Shown here in pieces: positions 1 through 11,764 of a stretch of 64,000 nucleotides of DNA. This DNA comes from Octopus bimaculoides. Its lineage: Eukaryota. Every line of letters begins with the position of its first letter. Position 1 is the first letter of the stretch. The stretch spans positions 186,362,633-186,426,632 of the forward strand of contig NC_068981.1 of the NCBI RefSeq assembly GCF_001194135.2, read 5' to 3'. The notes beneath the pieces were generated by a model that saw nothing but the letters and a program-made list of their open reading frames with translations, searched no databases and was not told where the DNA came from. A program made the translations under genes and the position numbers.

Positions 1-1197
1 ATTATCAGAAAAATCTGATTAGTCCGTATATATCTCCTTCACGTCCATCAGTGATGCTTTTTACTTTGTCTTAGTGTACTCCTTACGGAGCCACATATTC
101 TTCCAAGGAATGAAGGGATCTGTGTTGGGTGGGTGAAAAGAGATCCACTCAGCGTATTTCTTTACTTAATAGTGTAGAGCATGAAAAGATATAAAGTATA
201 CGAACGTACACACACTCATAGACTATGTATGTATGCGTACGTATACGTATGTATATATGTATGTATGTGTGTATGTATGGATGGGTGTGTGTATGTATGC
301 ATGTATTTGATTTGTTCCTACCATTGACACAATACATGCTATGGAGTACATTGTTTATTTAAACTAAGTGTTTATCTCGAGAGTTGAGTTTCAAGCCCCA
401 ACGATCCTCATGCCAGAACATGGCAACAACGTGAAATTCCAAGCGGTGCTATGTGTATGTATATTTGTATGTTTCTGTGTGTGTATATGTGTTCCTACCT
501 GTCTTTTTTTGTGTGTATGATCTTGTGAATATGCACTAGTGTAAGTGTGTGTGTATATATGTATTTTAAAGATGAATTTCCTCCCCAAGATGATAATTAC
601 GCCAGCATAATGACCCCTCGGCTATTTGGTCAATTTATCCAGACTAATGTTAATAACTATAAGATTACTTATACATTTGATCGTATAAAGGAGAAAGTGT
701 TTCGCCATTAGTTATAATAATCTCTTCATATCTCTGATCAGTACTTACTCTAGACCTCAAAATAATACTTCACATTTAAATTACTATCACCTTCTATGGC
801 TACCTACTGTTGTGGTTTCATACAATTAGACATAAGATTTGATCCTGTCTCAAATTTAGATTTTTATCATTCCTTATATGTACTGAAACATCTTTCTATG
901 AACGATTCATTGATCATTTTATAATTTGCATAGAAATTTAATCAGCAATTTTGAAGCTCTATACTTGCTTGTGTGACGTTCTTTAGTCTTGAGCATTCCA
1001 TGATCATTAATCCGATCAATATATCTGTCAAGAATTCTACAAGTTTTCTTTAAAGAAAAAAAAAATACAATTCAATTATCATTTATTCCGTACAACAAAT
1101 CAATGATTTTAGCAAGCTATACACATCAACTTTTAATCCAATTTACTTTGTTGAAGCAGACAAAAGCCAAAACAAAATGATGATGATGATGATGATC

Positions 1198-1198
<1 letters not shown>

Positions 1199-1265
<67 letters not shown>
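1199..1265. repeat. (TAA)n microsatellite
   Basis: About 22 perfect TAA units, preceded by a short (TGA)n tract. Confidence 0.98.
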
Positions 1266-2300
1266 CTAGAAAAAGTAAAGTATCTTGTTCCGTTTTTATA
1301 GACTTATGCTATCACGTGATGTTATTCAGTTACCACCAAACAGAAATGTATCCTCTCTCAAATTCCACTTATTTCCTGATAGGAAATAGACACGAATACC
1401 ATTATTGTAGCATATACTTCCTGTCATATCTTTCGAATGATTGTTGACAATGTTCTTTTTGTTTGTTTGTTTGTTTGTTTGTTTTCTTTTTAATTAATTT
1501 AACCACATATTTCTATAGCCTCATCAATTATACGTTGTACGCTAAAGTATGTATATTCTTCAGTAAATTGTAGAAATAAATTATAAAACAAAATTGTGAA
1601 AATGAGATTTAAAACTTTTCATTACATTTCCGATATAATAAATTAGATTTTATTGAATAACTCATAACAAGACAAAACAAAACTGTACTTTTGATTTTAT
1701 TTACGAAGTCAATTCATTTCACACATTTCAGTAAATATATATCGGTTATTGCTGAATATTTCTTCCCAGTTTTTCTATATAATATCCGACATTTGGATCA
1801 TAAATGTTAATATTTCACCTACAACTTATGTAAGTATGGACATTGAAGCCTCTTTATGTTGGACAATAACGAGATATTGTTGAAACAAATATACAAATAC
1901 AAGAAGTGCTATTTTTATGAGGAAATATTAAACAAACGTACTTAGGTCGTATTTTTTATTCATACTAAAAATGGAGTTTATTTAAAGACGGTTTGTAAAT
2001 TAAAGATAATGGAAATATTTCCATACAATTGATTATTTCAAGCAGGAAACGACGGAAATTACATTCTTGACAAAAACCCAACACAAATATAAGTTCTACG
2101 AAAAACGTTGATGGACGGATATTCTGCCGTGATTTTCCATTTATAAACTAATTTGACTAAAGATAATAATTCTAACGAAACAACATGACCAGACTTGCTG
2201 ATTGGTACTTAACTTATCGACCCAAGAATTATAAAATGTAAAATCCACAATACTTATTTAGCCTGAAGGATGTTCTCTTACAAATGCAGACACACCAAAT

Positions 2301-2415
2301 GCAGAGTGGTTAACAAGCACACTGTAACGACGTGATTCCAGATTCAGTCATACTACGCGGCACCGTAAGCAAGTGCCTTCTGTAACAGCTGACCAATGCC
2401 TTTTGAAGAATTATA
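2301..2415 (+). mobile_element. Diverged 5' fragment of SINE family A
   Basis: GAGTGGTTAACAAGC...GATTCCAGATTCAGTCATACTACGCGGCACCGTAAGCAAGTGCCTTCT aligns by eye with the heads of the full copies at 9656 and 54374. Confidence 0.55.
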
Positions 2416-2879
2416 TCAGAGGTAAAATGCCGAAATCGAATTTACATTTCTCTGCCTCTTGGATAGATAAAATAAAGTATCGTTGAAATACTGGAGTTCA
2501 TATATTCACTGAACAGTCTCTCCTAAAAAAAAATGCTGCCCAAATGAGACGACATTGTTATTGCAATAAATGGTTATATCGCTTCAGCAGAAGAACAATT
2601 GCCAAGAGGAAAGCAATGTAAAAAGTGCGAAGAGGTCGACTTATTTCTAGAACTGAAGTTCTTTGTGCACTTCTTGACAACACTGGAGTAATTATAAAAT
2701 CTGGCAGAAATATAGAGAGATAGACAGAAGGATAATCATTTAATGATATCATTATTATATGATATCAATCAGCATTGATGATCACACACACTCATTCACG
2801 CACACGAGCACGCACAATACACACACGCACACAATAAAATCTCAACTGGGTTGCGCATAGCCTCCCTGTACTAAATACT

Positions 2880-4030
2880 ATTTATAATGAACAAACCAAG
2901 AATGCAAGGGCGTGCTGGAATGTTCCTGGCTTTAGGTAAAAGAAAATACAGGAGGATCGGTTAATTAAGACTTTATTCGACATATTCCTCTCTCAGATTC
3001 ACCCACTTATTGCAGCTATCCTTCGGCTTTTCTAAGCCCTATAAAAGAACTCAGAACATTAGGCCTCCAACCGGGCCTTTCGCGACATCCTTACAACCAA
3101 GAATTTTTAAGTACCCACTCGTATTTTAAAGAACATTTACTTAAGATAGAAAGGTGCTGCTACATGCTAAAAGGGAAGAAGCCTTAACTAGAAATTCCTG
3201 TCAACATACTAAATGCCTGAGAGATATTACAAACGTTTAAAAATTATACCAATGTAAATGATTCCATATATGGGAAGGCACTCGTATAATTATACAGTAA
3301 TATAGATGCCATTAAATATGAATTTCTTTATTAATTACCAAAATATTTCCTATGTATAAGTGTTAATCCGTTCTTTAGACACAAATCTGTGATGTAGCTA
3401 TATTTTTGTTTCTTGCGATATCATTCAACACCAAGGATGTTTGAGTTTTTGAGGGAATGTGTAATTATATTTAGCAGCTTTTTAATATGCAATATTGCCG
3501 CTGTAATAATTGAATTACTTAAACTTTATTACGTTTATAAAAGGCGATAAACCTTCGTTGAGAAAGCTATTGTCTCCTCGAGGACAACATGGCGTAATTA
3601 AGAAACGTTTCATAAGCAAGCATTTTCCTTAAAGGGTTAGAATTAATTTATTATTATAATGTATTCAATAATCGTTCAATAATTATTGAAATCTCCATCC
3701 AAACATTCTAATGCCAGAAGGATAAGCAATCATTTGAAGGCTTTACGCATATATTACACCCGAACCCTTATAGATCTAGCTATGAAATACTGTATTCGCT
3801 AAATGCATGTGGTACCTACGGCAAAATGCAGTCCATGAGATTCTGGATGGAAACGTATAATTACTTGCAAGGGCTGTGAAGATCCGTCGGTAAATGTTTT
3901 TATTTTCATAGTCCTGAAGTGGATTTCGAATTTGTCCCTTTTATGAATATTGTCATGTCAAAGAAAGAAACAATCCTCGTTTCACCAAATCTATAAATTA
4001 TATTCCATTCCTTTTCAAAGCAATTTCGGG
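2880..4030 (-). pseudogene. Decayed Penelope-like retroelement (RT thumb followed by GIY-YIG endonuclease remnant)
   Basis: Minus-strand translation across frameshifts and stops gives VSFFDMTIF..GDKFE..SGL*.IKTF (about 3900-3980), resembling the PLE RT FLD..I.KG..F...G.LDIKT motif. It then gives NGIYITV*LYECLPIYGIIYIGIIFKRL (about 3225-3315, GIY...YIG) and ..VNLREEY near 2980. The motif order matches Penelope-like elements. Confidence 0.4.
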
Positions 4031-4186
4031 TTTATTTATTCACTATTGCGTTGCTAATTCGGACAAAGTTAGGTTATAAGTGCAAACGTACATATGTATG
4101 CAACACTCTCTCTCACTCCCTCTGTCTTTCTATGTGTGCACACACATACATGAGCACACACGCACACACACACTCACACACACACA

Positions 4187-4187
4187 C

Positions 4188-4233
<46 letters not shown>

Positions 4234-4243
4234 NNNNNNNNNN

Positions 4244-4281
<38 letters not shown>

Positions 4282-4289
4282 GGAGAGAG

Positions 4290-4341
<52 letters not shown>

Positions 4342-4345
4342 GTGA
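4187..4345. repeat. Compound (GATA)n / (GT)n microsatellite with 10-N gap
   Basis: Directly visible tandem units; N at 4234-4243. Confidence 0.97.
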
Positions 4346-4950
4346 GTGATTGAGTGTAGTTACAACTACGTGTCACCCACTTCAGTCTCGTATTCAACCA
4401 ATGAAAAAGGCTTAAGAAATAATATTGTGTTACAAAGCTAGAGTAACATACGCCTTAACTACAACCTGTGCCAACCATAGAAATCAATTGCAACTCCATA
4501 GACAATTTACTTTGGTTTAGCACAATTGACAACATTTAAATCTCTCAAAGGAATTCTCGGGCAGATGCGTACAGCTCTATCTACTGGCTATCTTTGAATA
4601 ACATTCGTTGAGTATTCTTACAGGAGTCTTTTCAATGACAATACATTACATTTGTTCCACAAAAACTTCTTTCATCTGTTCAGTAATTCAATTTTAATAG
4701 AAAGGTGAAATTTGACTAGCAAAACCAACGCTGCATCTTCCAAAACTAATACTTTTCTTTACACAGAACTTAGGAATTAAATTTTGTCTCCTATTTACTA
4801 GTACACGCTCTTCAGATTTTTGAAGAGGACAAATTAGAATATGAAATCTGTTGTAGAATGCATGTTTAGGCCAGTTTTGCACATACACAGACAAACACAC
4901 ATATCTATGGGTCTGTGTGTATATATATATATATATATATATTTATATAC

Positions 4951-5165
4951 ACTTTTGCTCTTTTACTTGTTTCAGTCATTTCACTGCCGCCATACTGGAG
5001 CACCGCCTTTAGTTGAACAAATCGACCCCAGGACTTATTCTTTATAAGCCTAATACTTATTCTCTTAGTCTTTTGCCGAACCGCTAGTTACGTCAACGTA
5101 AATACACCAAAAATCGGTTGTCAAGCGATGGTGTGGAGACAAACACAAACACACAAATATATACA
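4951..5165 (-). mobile_element. SINE family A, 3' half
   Basis: Reverse complement of the 3' half of the 9656/54374 copies (CTTTTACTTGTTTCAGTCATT...GGAGCACCGCCTTTAG...ATCGACCCCAGGACTTATTC...CGGTTGTCAAGCGATG). Confidence 0.9.
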
Positions 5166-5172
5166 TACATAT

Positions 5173-5222
<50 letters not shown>

Positions 5223-5249
5223 CATTGTTATCCTTTCTCCATTTCTAAC

Positions 5250-5295
5250 AAAACTGTCCGATGAACGGGAACGTGAAACTCAGAGTAACGGTTTT
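5250..5295 (+). ncRNA. Type I hammerhead ribozyme motif (well formed; CCGAUGA core variant)
   Basis: Stem I AAAACTGT(5250-57)/ACGGTTTT(5288-95), 8 bp with one G:U; core CCGATGA 5258-64; stem II ACG-GGAA-CGT; GAAA 5275-78; stem III ACT-CAG-AGT; predicted cleavage after GUA (5287). Confidence 0.75.
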
Positions 5296-5325
5296 TTTGT
5301 TATATTTCTGCTGCTTTTAAATAAA

Positions 5326-5373
<48 letters not shown>

Positions 5374-5657
5374 NNNNNNNNNNNNNNNNNNNNNNNNNNN
5401 NNNNNNNNNNNNNNNNNNNNNNNNNNNNNNNNNNNNNNNNNNNNNNNNNNNNNNNNNNNNNNNNNNNNNNNNNNNNNNNNNNNNNNNNNNNNNNNNNNNN
5501 NNNNNNNNNNNNNNNNNNNNNNNNNNNNNNNNNNNNNNNNNNNNNNNNNNNNNNNNNNNNNNNNNNNNNNNNNNNNNNNNNNNNNNNNNNNNNNNNNNNN
5601 NNNNNNNNNNNNNNNNNNNNNNNNNNNNNNNNNNNNNNNNNNNNNNNNNNNNNNNNN

Positions 5658-5703
<46 letters not shown>

Positions 5704-6197
5704 CATATATATACATATATAATATATAGATATATGCTTATATATAACATACCAATATGATTATGTGTATGATATATATGTACTTATAAATGTCATATAC
5801 ACACACATGTATATATATATATATATATGCCATATATATGTATGGTTATATATATACATATACACACATGTATGGCTGCATATATCATACATATATATAC
5901 TTACATATATCATGTATATGGAAGGTTCTCTTAAACTACCTTTGCAACGTCCACACATTGTTGCATCTATTAAAACTGTGATCCATCAATTAACTTTTAT
6001 ATAACCAATGCAGCCTACTTGGAACTCGTCTGATGTTTCTAATAATGCTTCATTTCTTTAACTATATTCTTTTTTTGTTTCTGAATTTTCCAAATTGCAA
6101 CAGTAATTGATGGACCCTGTACATGTATACACACACACACACACACAGAGATAAATAGATGGATGGATGGATTTGTATAAACGTACATAAACATATA

Positions 6198-6246
<49 letters not shown>

Positions 6247-6599
6247 NNNNNNNNNNNNNNNNNNNNNNNNNNNNNNNNNNNNNNNNNNNNNNNNNNNNNN
6301 NNNNNNNNNNNNNNNNNNNNNNNNNNNNNNNNNNNNNNNNNNNNNNNNNNNNNNNNNNNNNNNNNNNNNNNNNNNNNNNNNNNNNNNNNNNNNNNNNNNN
6401 NNNNNNNNNNNNNNNNNNNNNNNNNNNNNNNNNNNNNNNNNNNNNNNNNNNNNNNNNNNNNNNNNNNNNNNNNNNNNNNNNNNNNNNNNNNNNNNNNNNN
6501 NNNNNNNNNNNNNNNNNNNNNNNNNNNNNNNNNNNNNNNNNNNNNNNNTGTGGTCACCGCTTTCAACAAACACTTACACAGATGTTTGGATGGTAAATT

Positions 6600-7040
6600 C
6601 GAAAACCATCTTTATTTAGGTTGTGAATAGTCGTTCAATTTGCCAAGGGTATTGAGTGTGTCGAATTATTACCTCATCTGCTTTTCATGCAGGTATTGTA
6701 CCGGCTAACATCATTTTCTCCGCATTTCAACATCAGAACATAAAGAAACTAATATCAAATAAATTAGAAGCTATTTCTTTAAAAGCTCTAGTTTGTAGCC
6801 ATGTTTTTCTTAGTATACTTCATATGTCAAATTTAAATGTCACCTTTTACTCGTTTCCAACGAAGGAGGTCGATTCAACTCTATTACGAATGCATTATTC
6901 TCCGAAGTCAAAGCTAAAGGCGGAAATATTTGTTGGTCAGCGTATACATAATTTGCTTACCACTTACCAACAATATATCGTACATCAACCAGTCCAACGT
7001 GTTTTTTGGCGGCTTATCAACGTAGCTGGTACATAAGAAA
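6600..7040 (+). pseudogene. Possible decayed Chapaev3-like (CMC) transposase fragment
   Basis: ORF 6656-7036 plus one frameshift gives ALVCSHVFLSILHM...NEGGRF...LFSEVKLKAEIFVGQRIHNLL. This resembles the Chapaev3 motif series PLV...LPPLHIKLG...EG.GF...LSEAKLKAGIFVGPQIR.LL, recalled from memory. Confidence 0.4.
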
Positions 7041-7809
7041 GCATTACATAGCTGTAACCGCCTCCTCAATGCCTTCTCTCAAAGCTGGCATGGAATGCAA
7101 TTCTATACTGTGCTAATAAGAAATTAATGCAATGATTGAATATAACGTATTTGATTAGTATGAGCAGCATGCCTGATGGTTATCCCCACCACTTTTGTTG
7201 TTTGCATATGATTTGATATTGATTACTTCGTTGTTTCCTACTTCCTTCAAACAGCATTTCAAAGAATTCCCCAGCCTATTTTCCTTTTGCTTAGAGAAAT
7301 CTAATACACGTACTTTCAGTCATAAGCAGCCAACCGCCCTCCCCAATGGTTTCCGTCCGCAAATCTAACATAGACAAAGAAAGTAATTATTTGTTCTTTC
7401 CTTAACTCTCTACCAACGTAGTAAACAGTCGTGATGTTCGACATAAACATAGCACAAAGACTAAAAGTAATGTGGTGATGGCTGCCTAATAGAAGCGATG
7501 GTAGTGGCGGCGGAAGCAGCGGTAATGACTGGCGGTTCTGGTGGTGGCATTGGCTGGAGGCTCTGGTGGTGGTGAAGGTGTGTCGAAGAGATGCTTTTGT
7601 TTTTTTCTTCAGTATATTTGTCCCACTATTATTATTATTATTATTTTTTATTGATTGCTGCCCTTTATCCAATTAGTATTCCTAACTGAAACGTTTGGTT
7701 TGTGATCTATCAGAGTTTTGTTTATGTTGAAGTAATTCTTTTTGCCTCTTATTTATAGCTGAATACGTTCATCACCTATATGAGACTTCACATCTTTTTT
7801 GCCGACAAA

Positions 7810-7856
7810 TTATCGATAGTTATCGATTATACATACATTCACAGATGTATATGTAG

Positions 7857-7912
<56 letters not shown>

Positions 7913-8169
7913 TAGATAGATAGATAGATGCATATATACATATATATATGTATATATATATATACACACATATATATACATACATACATATATATATATA
8001 TATACAAATATATATAGATACATATATATAAACATAAATATATATTCATATACAAACATACATATACATATATATACATACATTATATATTCATATATAT
8101 ATGTATGTATATATATGTGTGTATATATATATATATATATACATATATATATGTATATATGCATCTATA

Positions 8170-8215
<46 letters not shown>

Positions 8216-8290
8216 TCTATATAAATGCATACATTATATATATATATACATATTTATGCACATATATATGTGTATATGTATGTATGTATT
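7810..8290. repeat. Compound (AT)n/(GA)n/(GATA)n/(ACAT)n low-complexity tract
   Basis: Directly visible; source of several spurious Y/I-rich ORFs. Confidence 0.95.
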
Positions 8291-8348
8291 TCGTTTTTGG
8301 ATTTGGTTTGCAAGATTCTTTATGTGAGTTCGTGTGTTGAAGCATATT

Positions 8349-8561
8349 CTGTTATGTCAGGGGAGAGTCATTTTCTTTTTGTGCCTTATATTTTAACACA
8401 CTCACCGGTAAAATTTCCACTTATCCCTTATTTCTTTTTTTTAAATTTTTATTCTAAGAAAATTTTAGGTAAATAGAAATAAGGAATAAGAGGAAATTTT
8501 ACCGGTGAGTGTGTTAAAGTATAAGGCACAAACAGAAAATGACACTCCCCAGACACAACAG
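8349..8561. mobile_element. Foldback MITE: 87-bp inverted arms with a 39-nt spacer
   Basis: Arm 8349-8435 versus the reverse complement of 8475-8561 shows 7 mismatches in 87 nt with no gaps. Termini are CTGTT...AACAG, followed by TA on the right. Confidence 0.85.
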
Positions 8562-8611
8562 TATATGTATGCATTTTTATATGTATATATTTGTATACAT
8601 TACGTATTTAG

Positions 8612-8649
<38 letters not shown>

Positions 8650-9102
8650 NNNNNNNNNNATATATGCATACACGTAAGCATATTTGGATATGTGTGTCTG
8701 TATATATGTAAACAGAGAGAAGAACAGAAGAAATATAAGAGGTTTCAAAAGACGACTACATGTATTTTGTAGTGGATCCACATATGTATGTGTGCGTGCG
8801 CGCACATCATAGTCATTATGAAATGAAAACCAGGAACAAGGAAAGTATTGTGAATGATGTTAGCAAATATATCTTGCCCCTTTTTCCACACAAATTATAT
8901 TTTGTGTCTCATTACAACCATAACAATTCTATTATTATTCTATTCGTAAACAGGTTACTTTATAACAATACTGATGAAGAAATTGTACATAATTGCTGTT
9001 TCAACTATTTACTCCGCATATTTGAAAGAAACGTTTGACTACAGCAACATAAGAGCTCTCACTGTAACTCAAAATCGCGACCTTTTGTCCGATGCTCTAA
9101 GA

Positions 9103-9150
9103 CAGGGGTGGGGAAACTTTTTATAGAGCGGTGGGCAAAAATTTCCAAAG
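9103..9150 (+). mobile_element. hAT/Charlie-like transposon terminus (orphan)
   Basis: CAGGGGTGGGGAAACTTTTT resembles hAT-Charlie TIR starts and is preceded by CTCTAAGA; no partner end was found. Confidence 0.35.
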
Positions 9151-9229
9151 AAAATGGTCTGCAGACATATCACAAGTTCTAACGCTTCTATCTGTGTATA
9201 TCTTGTATATACTTATGTATAATTCGATA

Positions 9230-9400
9230 TCTATACATATATAAACGGCAATCTGTTTGGTTGTCTGTGTCAAATTGCTGTCTACACCCGTTATCGAATC
9301 TTCGTGAAACTTTTTATACATGTTAAACCAACATTCAGTTTGTTACTAGGTCTGTTGTAGTTTAATAAAAATCTATAACTGGACGGCTAAGGCCCCTAGA
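9230..9400 (+). mobile_element. Possible non-autonomous Helitron-like 5' fragment
   Basis: A^TCTATACATATATAAACGGCAATCTGTTTGGTTGTCTGTGT...ATCTTCGTGAAACTTT resembles TC-starting Helitron-type 5' ends; no 3' hairpin/CTRR end was identified. Confidence 0.35.
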
Positions 9401-9655
9401 AGGCGTCCAGATATAAGCCATCTATTTTCCTTTAACGGCCGAGGGGAAATAACCCATTCATTTTTCTTTTCTTTTTGTCTTTTGCATACTGGTCATTTCT
9501 TCCTCCATTTATTAGTGACCGCTTGCCAGTGGTTACGTTGTATAAATACATGTCCGGCAAAAATAAATTTTGGAATTTATACCTATCACAATGGAGTACC
9601 ATTGACATACATAGTGATATGAATATTCCTGACTGAAAACAAAATGTAATGATAT

Positions 9656-10060
9656 AGGCGCAGCAGGGGTTATGTGGTTAGTAGCTTGCTTAACAACCAC
9701 ATGGTTCCGTGTTCAGTCCCACTGTGTGGAACCTTGGGCAAGTGTCTTCTACTATAGCCTAGGGCCGACCAAAGCCTTGTGAGTGGATTTGGTAGACGGA
9801 AACTGAAAGAAGCCCGTCGTATATATGTATACATATATGTGTGTGTATATGTTTGTGTCTGTGTTTGTCCCGCCAACATCGCTTGACAACCGATGCTGGT
9901 GTGTTTACGTCCGCGTAACATAGCGGTTCGGCAAACGAGACCGATAGAATAAGTACTAGGCTTCCAAAGAATAGGTCCTGGGGTCGATTTGCTCGACTAA
10001 AGGCGGTGCTACTGGATGGCCACAGTCAAATGACTGAAACAAGTAAAATAGTAAAAGTGT
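9656..10060 (+). mobile_element. Full-length tRNA-derived SINE family A (octopus OK/OR-like class)
   Basis: Pol III-like head with B box GTTCAGTCCC, CORE-like CCTTGGGCAAGTGTCTT, internal (AT/GT)n, and tail GGCGGTGCT...ATGGCCACAGTCAAATGACTGAAACAAGTAAAA; closely matches 54374-54779. Confidence 0.93.
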
Positions 10061-10633
10061 ATATGGATAATCTTGATTGTATGGTTTTATTTTTCTCTGT
10101 TTACTACTAGGCATAGTTTTAAATTGCTCGTACTTTTTACGCCAATTTCATTACGCCATTTACGCCATTAACATTAAAATGCCTTCCAGCAGCTCTATTG
10201 CCACGTTCAAATGCATATTCAACACATTTAATTTCTCCTTCGCAGTAAACGATTCATAAGGTCTGCCCACACTGACAATTTAATAAAATATAATCCTAAG
10301 TAAATGAAACTATGCTAAATAAAACTAAATTGGAAACATATTTCCCCTGGCCATATTGGCAATTCTGAAAACTTTCGGGTGCGAATTTTACATGAGAAGA
10401 AGCTATTTTTCAACAAATTTTATCCTGAAGATCAAATTACATGGGATTTTACCGTATTTGTACTGCTACAGTTATTTTTGCACTTTACCCAGAACAACCC
10501 TCAAACAAGTAAATAGTATTTTCCTTAGCAATAGATCCACTTATCTCGGTTAGTGACTTATTTACCAATATACCATGAATGACGATGCATTTCATGTCAC
10601 TTCAGTCAATTTGAGAAGCGCTGCATGAAGAAC

Positions 10634-10925
10634 TTTTCAGACTTACTTTGAATTGCTATTATCTCATATCCGATTTGCCTGTTATTACGTAACAAGTTTC
10701 ACGATTTTGGCTTACATACCTTATTGGTGTTTCCTCCTAAGTTCTATATATTCTGTGAACGCATTAAAGCCCTTTTCAGAACTACTTTATTTGAATTGCT
10801 ACTATCGGGTAGCTAAGTTGCATGTTATTACGTAACTAACTTCACGATTTTGGTATTCATAACTTATTGAGATTTCCCTAAAAAATAGTTTCTGTAAATA
10901 GTTTCTGTAAATGCACAAAAACCGT
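10634..10925. repeat. Diverged ~140-bp tandem duplication
   Basis: TTTTCAGA...TTTGAATTGCTA..AT...GTTATTACGTAAC...TTCACGATTTTGG...CTTATTG occurs from 10634 and again from 10773; includes a 13-bp AATAGTTTCTGTA x2 sub-duplication near 10885. Confidence 0.8.
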
Positions 10926-11165
10926 TTTAATAGCAACATACTTTGTATTGTTGCTATTGGATTAACGAACTTATGAAAACGGGACCAGGGTATAAGCCCC
11001 CTTTCCGGGAATTACCGAGTACGCCAGCTAGTACATTAATAAAGGTAAGTTTAAAACATTAAATTAACGAGTAACATCTTCATTAACGCCGCCAAAGAAT
11101 TTAGGACGTTTTTATTACTTATGAGGTATTCTATACTTTTCGGCTGGAGTGTAGTTGGGTCTCAA

Positions 11166-11212
11166 GACACCTGATGAAAGCTGGGGGGTTATATCAGCCG
11201 AAACGTTGAGTT
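11166..11212 (+). ncRNA. Minimal type I hammerhead ribozyme motif (Penelope-type, slightly degenerate)
   Basis: GACAC-CTGATGA(11171-77)-AA-GCTG-loop-CAGC-C-GAAA(11200-03)-CGTT-GAGTT. Stem III is the palindrome ACGT with a GUU site. Stem I has one A:A mismatch, and the closing pair of stem II is A:C. Confidence 0.6.
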
Positions 11213-11675
11213 AACAACAAAGAGAATGAGGACAAATATCCGTCAAATGTAAAAAATGTAAATAAATAATAAATTTGTATCATATTTTGATGATAATCAG
11301 AGTTATGAGTGAAAGATGTTCATGTGTAAATAGAAGGGGATTGTGTCAAGATGAAGGAGTGAGTTGACCCATCCATATGACATCCTAAATTGGGTAAAAT
11401 TGTGTTTATAGGTTAGTATATTCGGAAGATTTACAAAGAAGAAATCGATCTAAAATGCAAGATGAGATCGACTTAGTCAGTCACGTCTTGAAAATCCAGG
11501 GTAATTATAAATGGTGGCGGTTGTGTTGTGGGAAAACGTTTAAAGGTATCATTACAATAAAATTCCACTTACTATTGAGTTGTTTACGCATGAAGGCGTG
11601 CCGCTCGCTAAATCATACATATTTTACCTGACATTTAATTTCAAATAACGTAAAATATGTGCGTGCGTATGACTC

Positions 11676-11716
11676 TGTGTGTGTGTGTGTGTGCGTGTGT
11701 GTGTGTGTGTGTGTGT

Positions 11717-11762
<46 letters not shown>
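11676..11762. repeat. (GT)n microsatellite
   Basis: Directly visible. Confidence 0.97.

Positions 11763-11764
<2 letters not shown>

Noticed and set aside
87-119. 33-nt minus-strand micro-exon candidate (CAG|ATCCCTTC...GGCTCC|GTAAGG)
   Set aside because: The splice sites are moderate and such pairs arise by chance; there is no independent support.
7470-7600. GGT/GGC-rich stretch that could encode a Gly- or Pro-rich peptide
   Set aside because: Degenerate trinucleotide low complexity with no consistent frame or splice sites.
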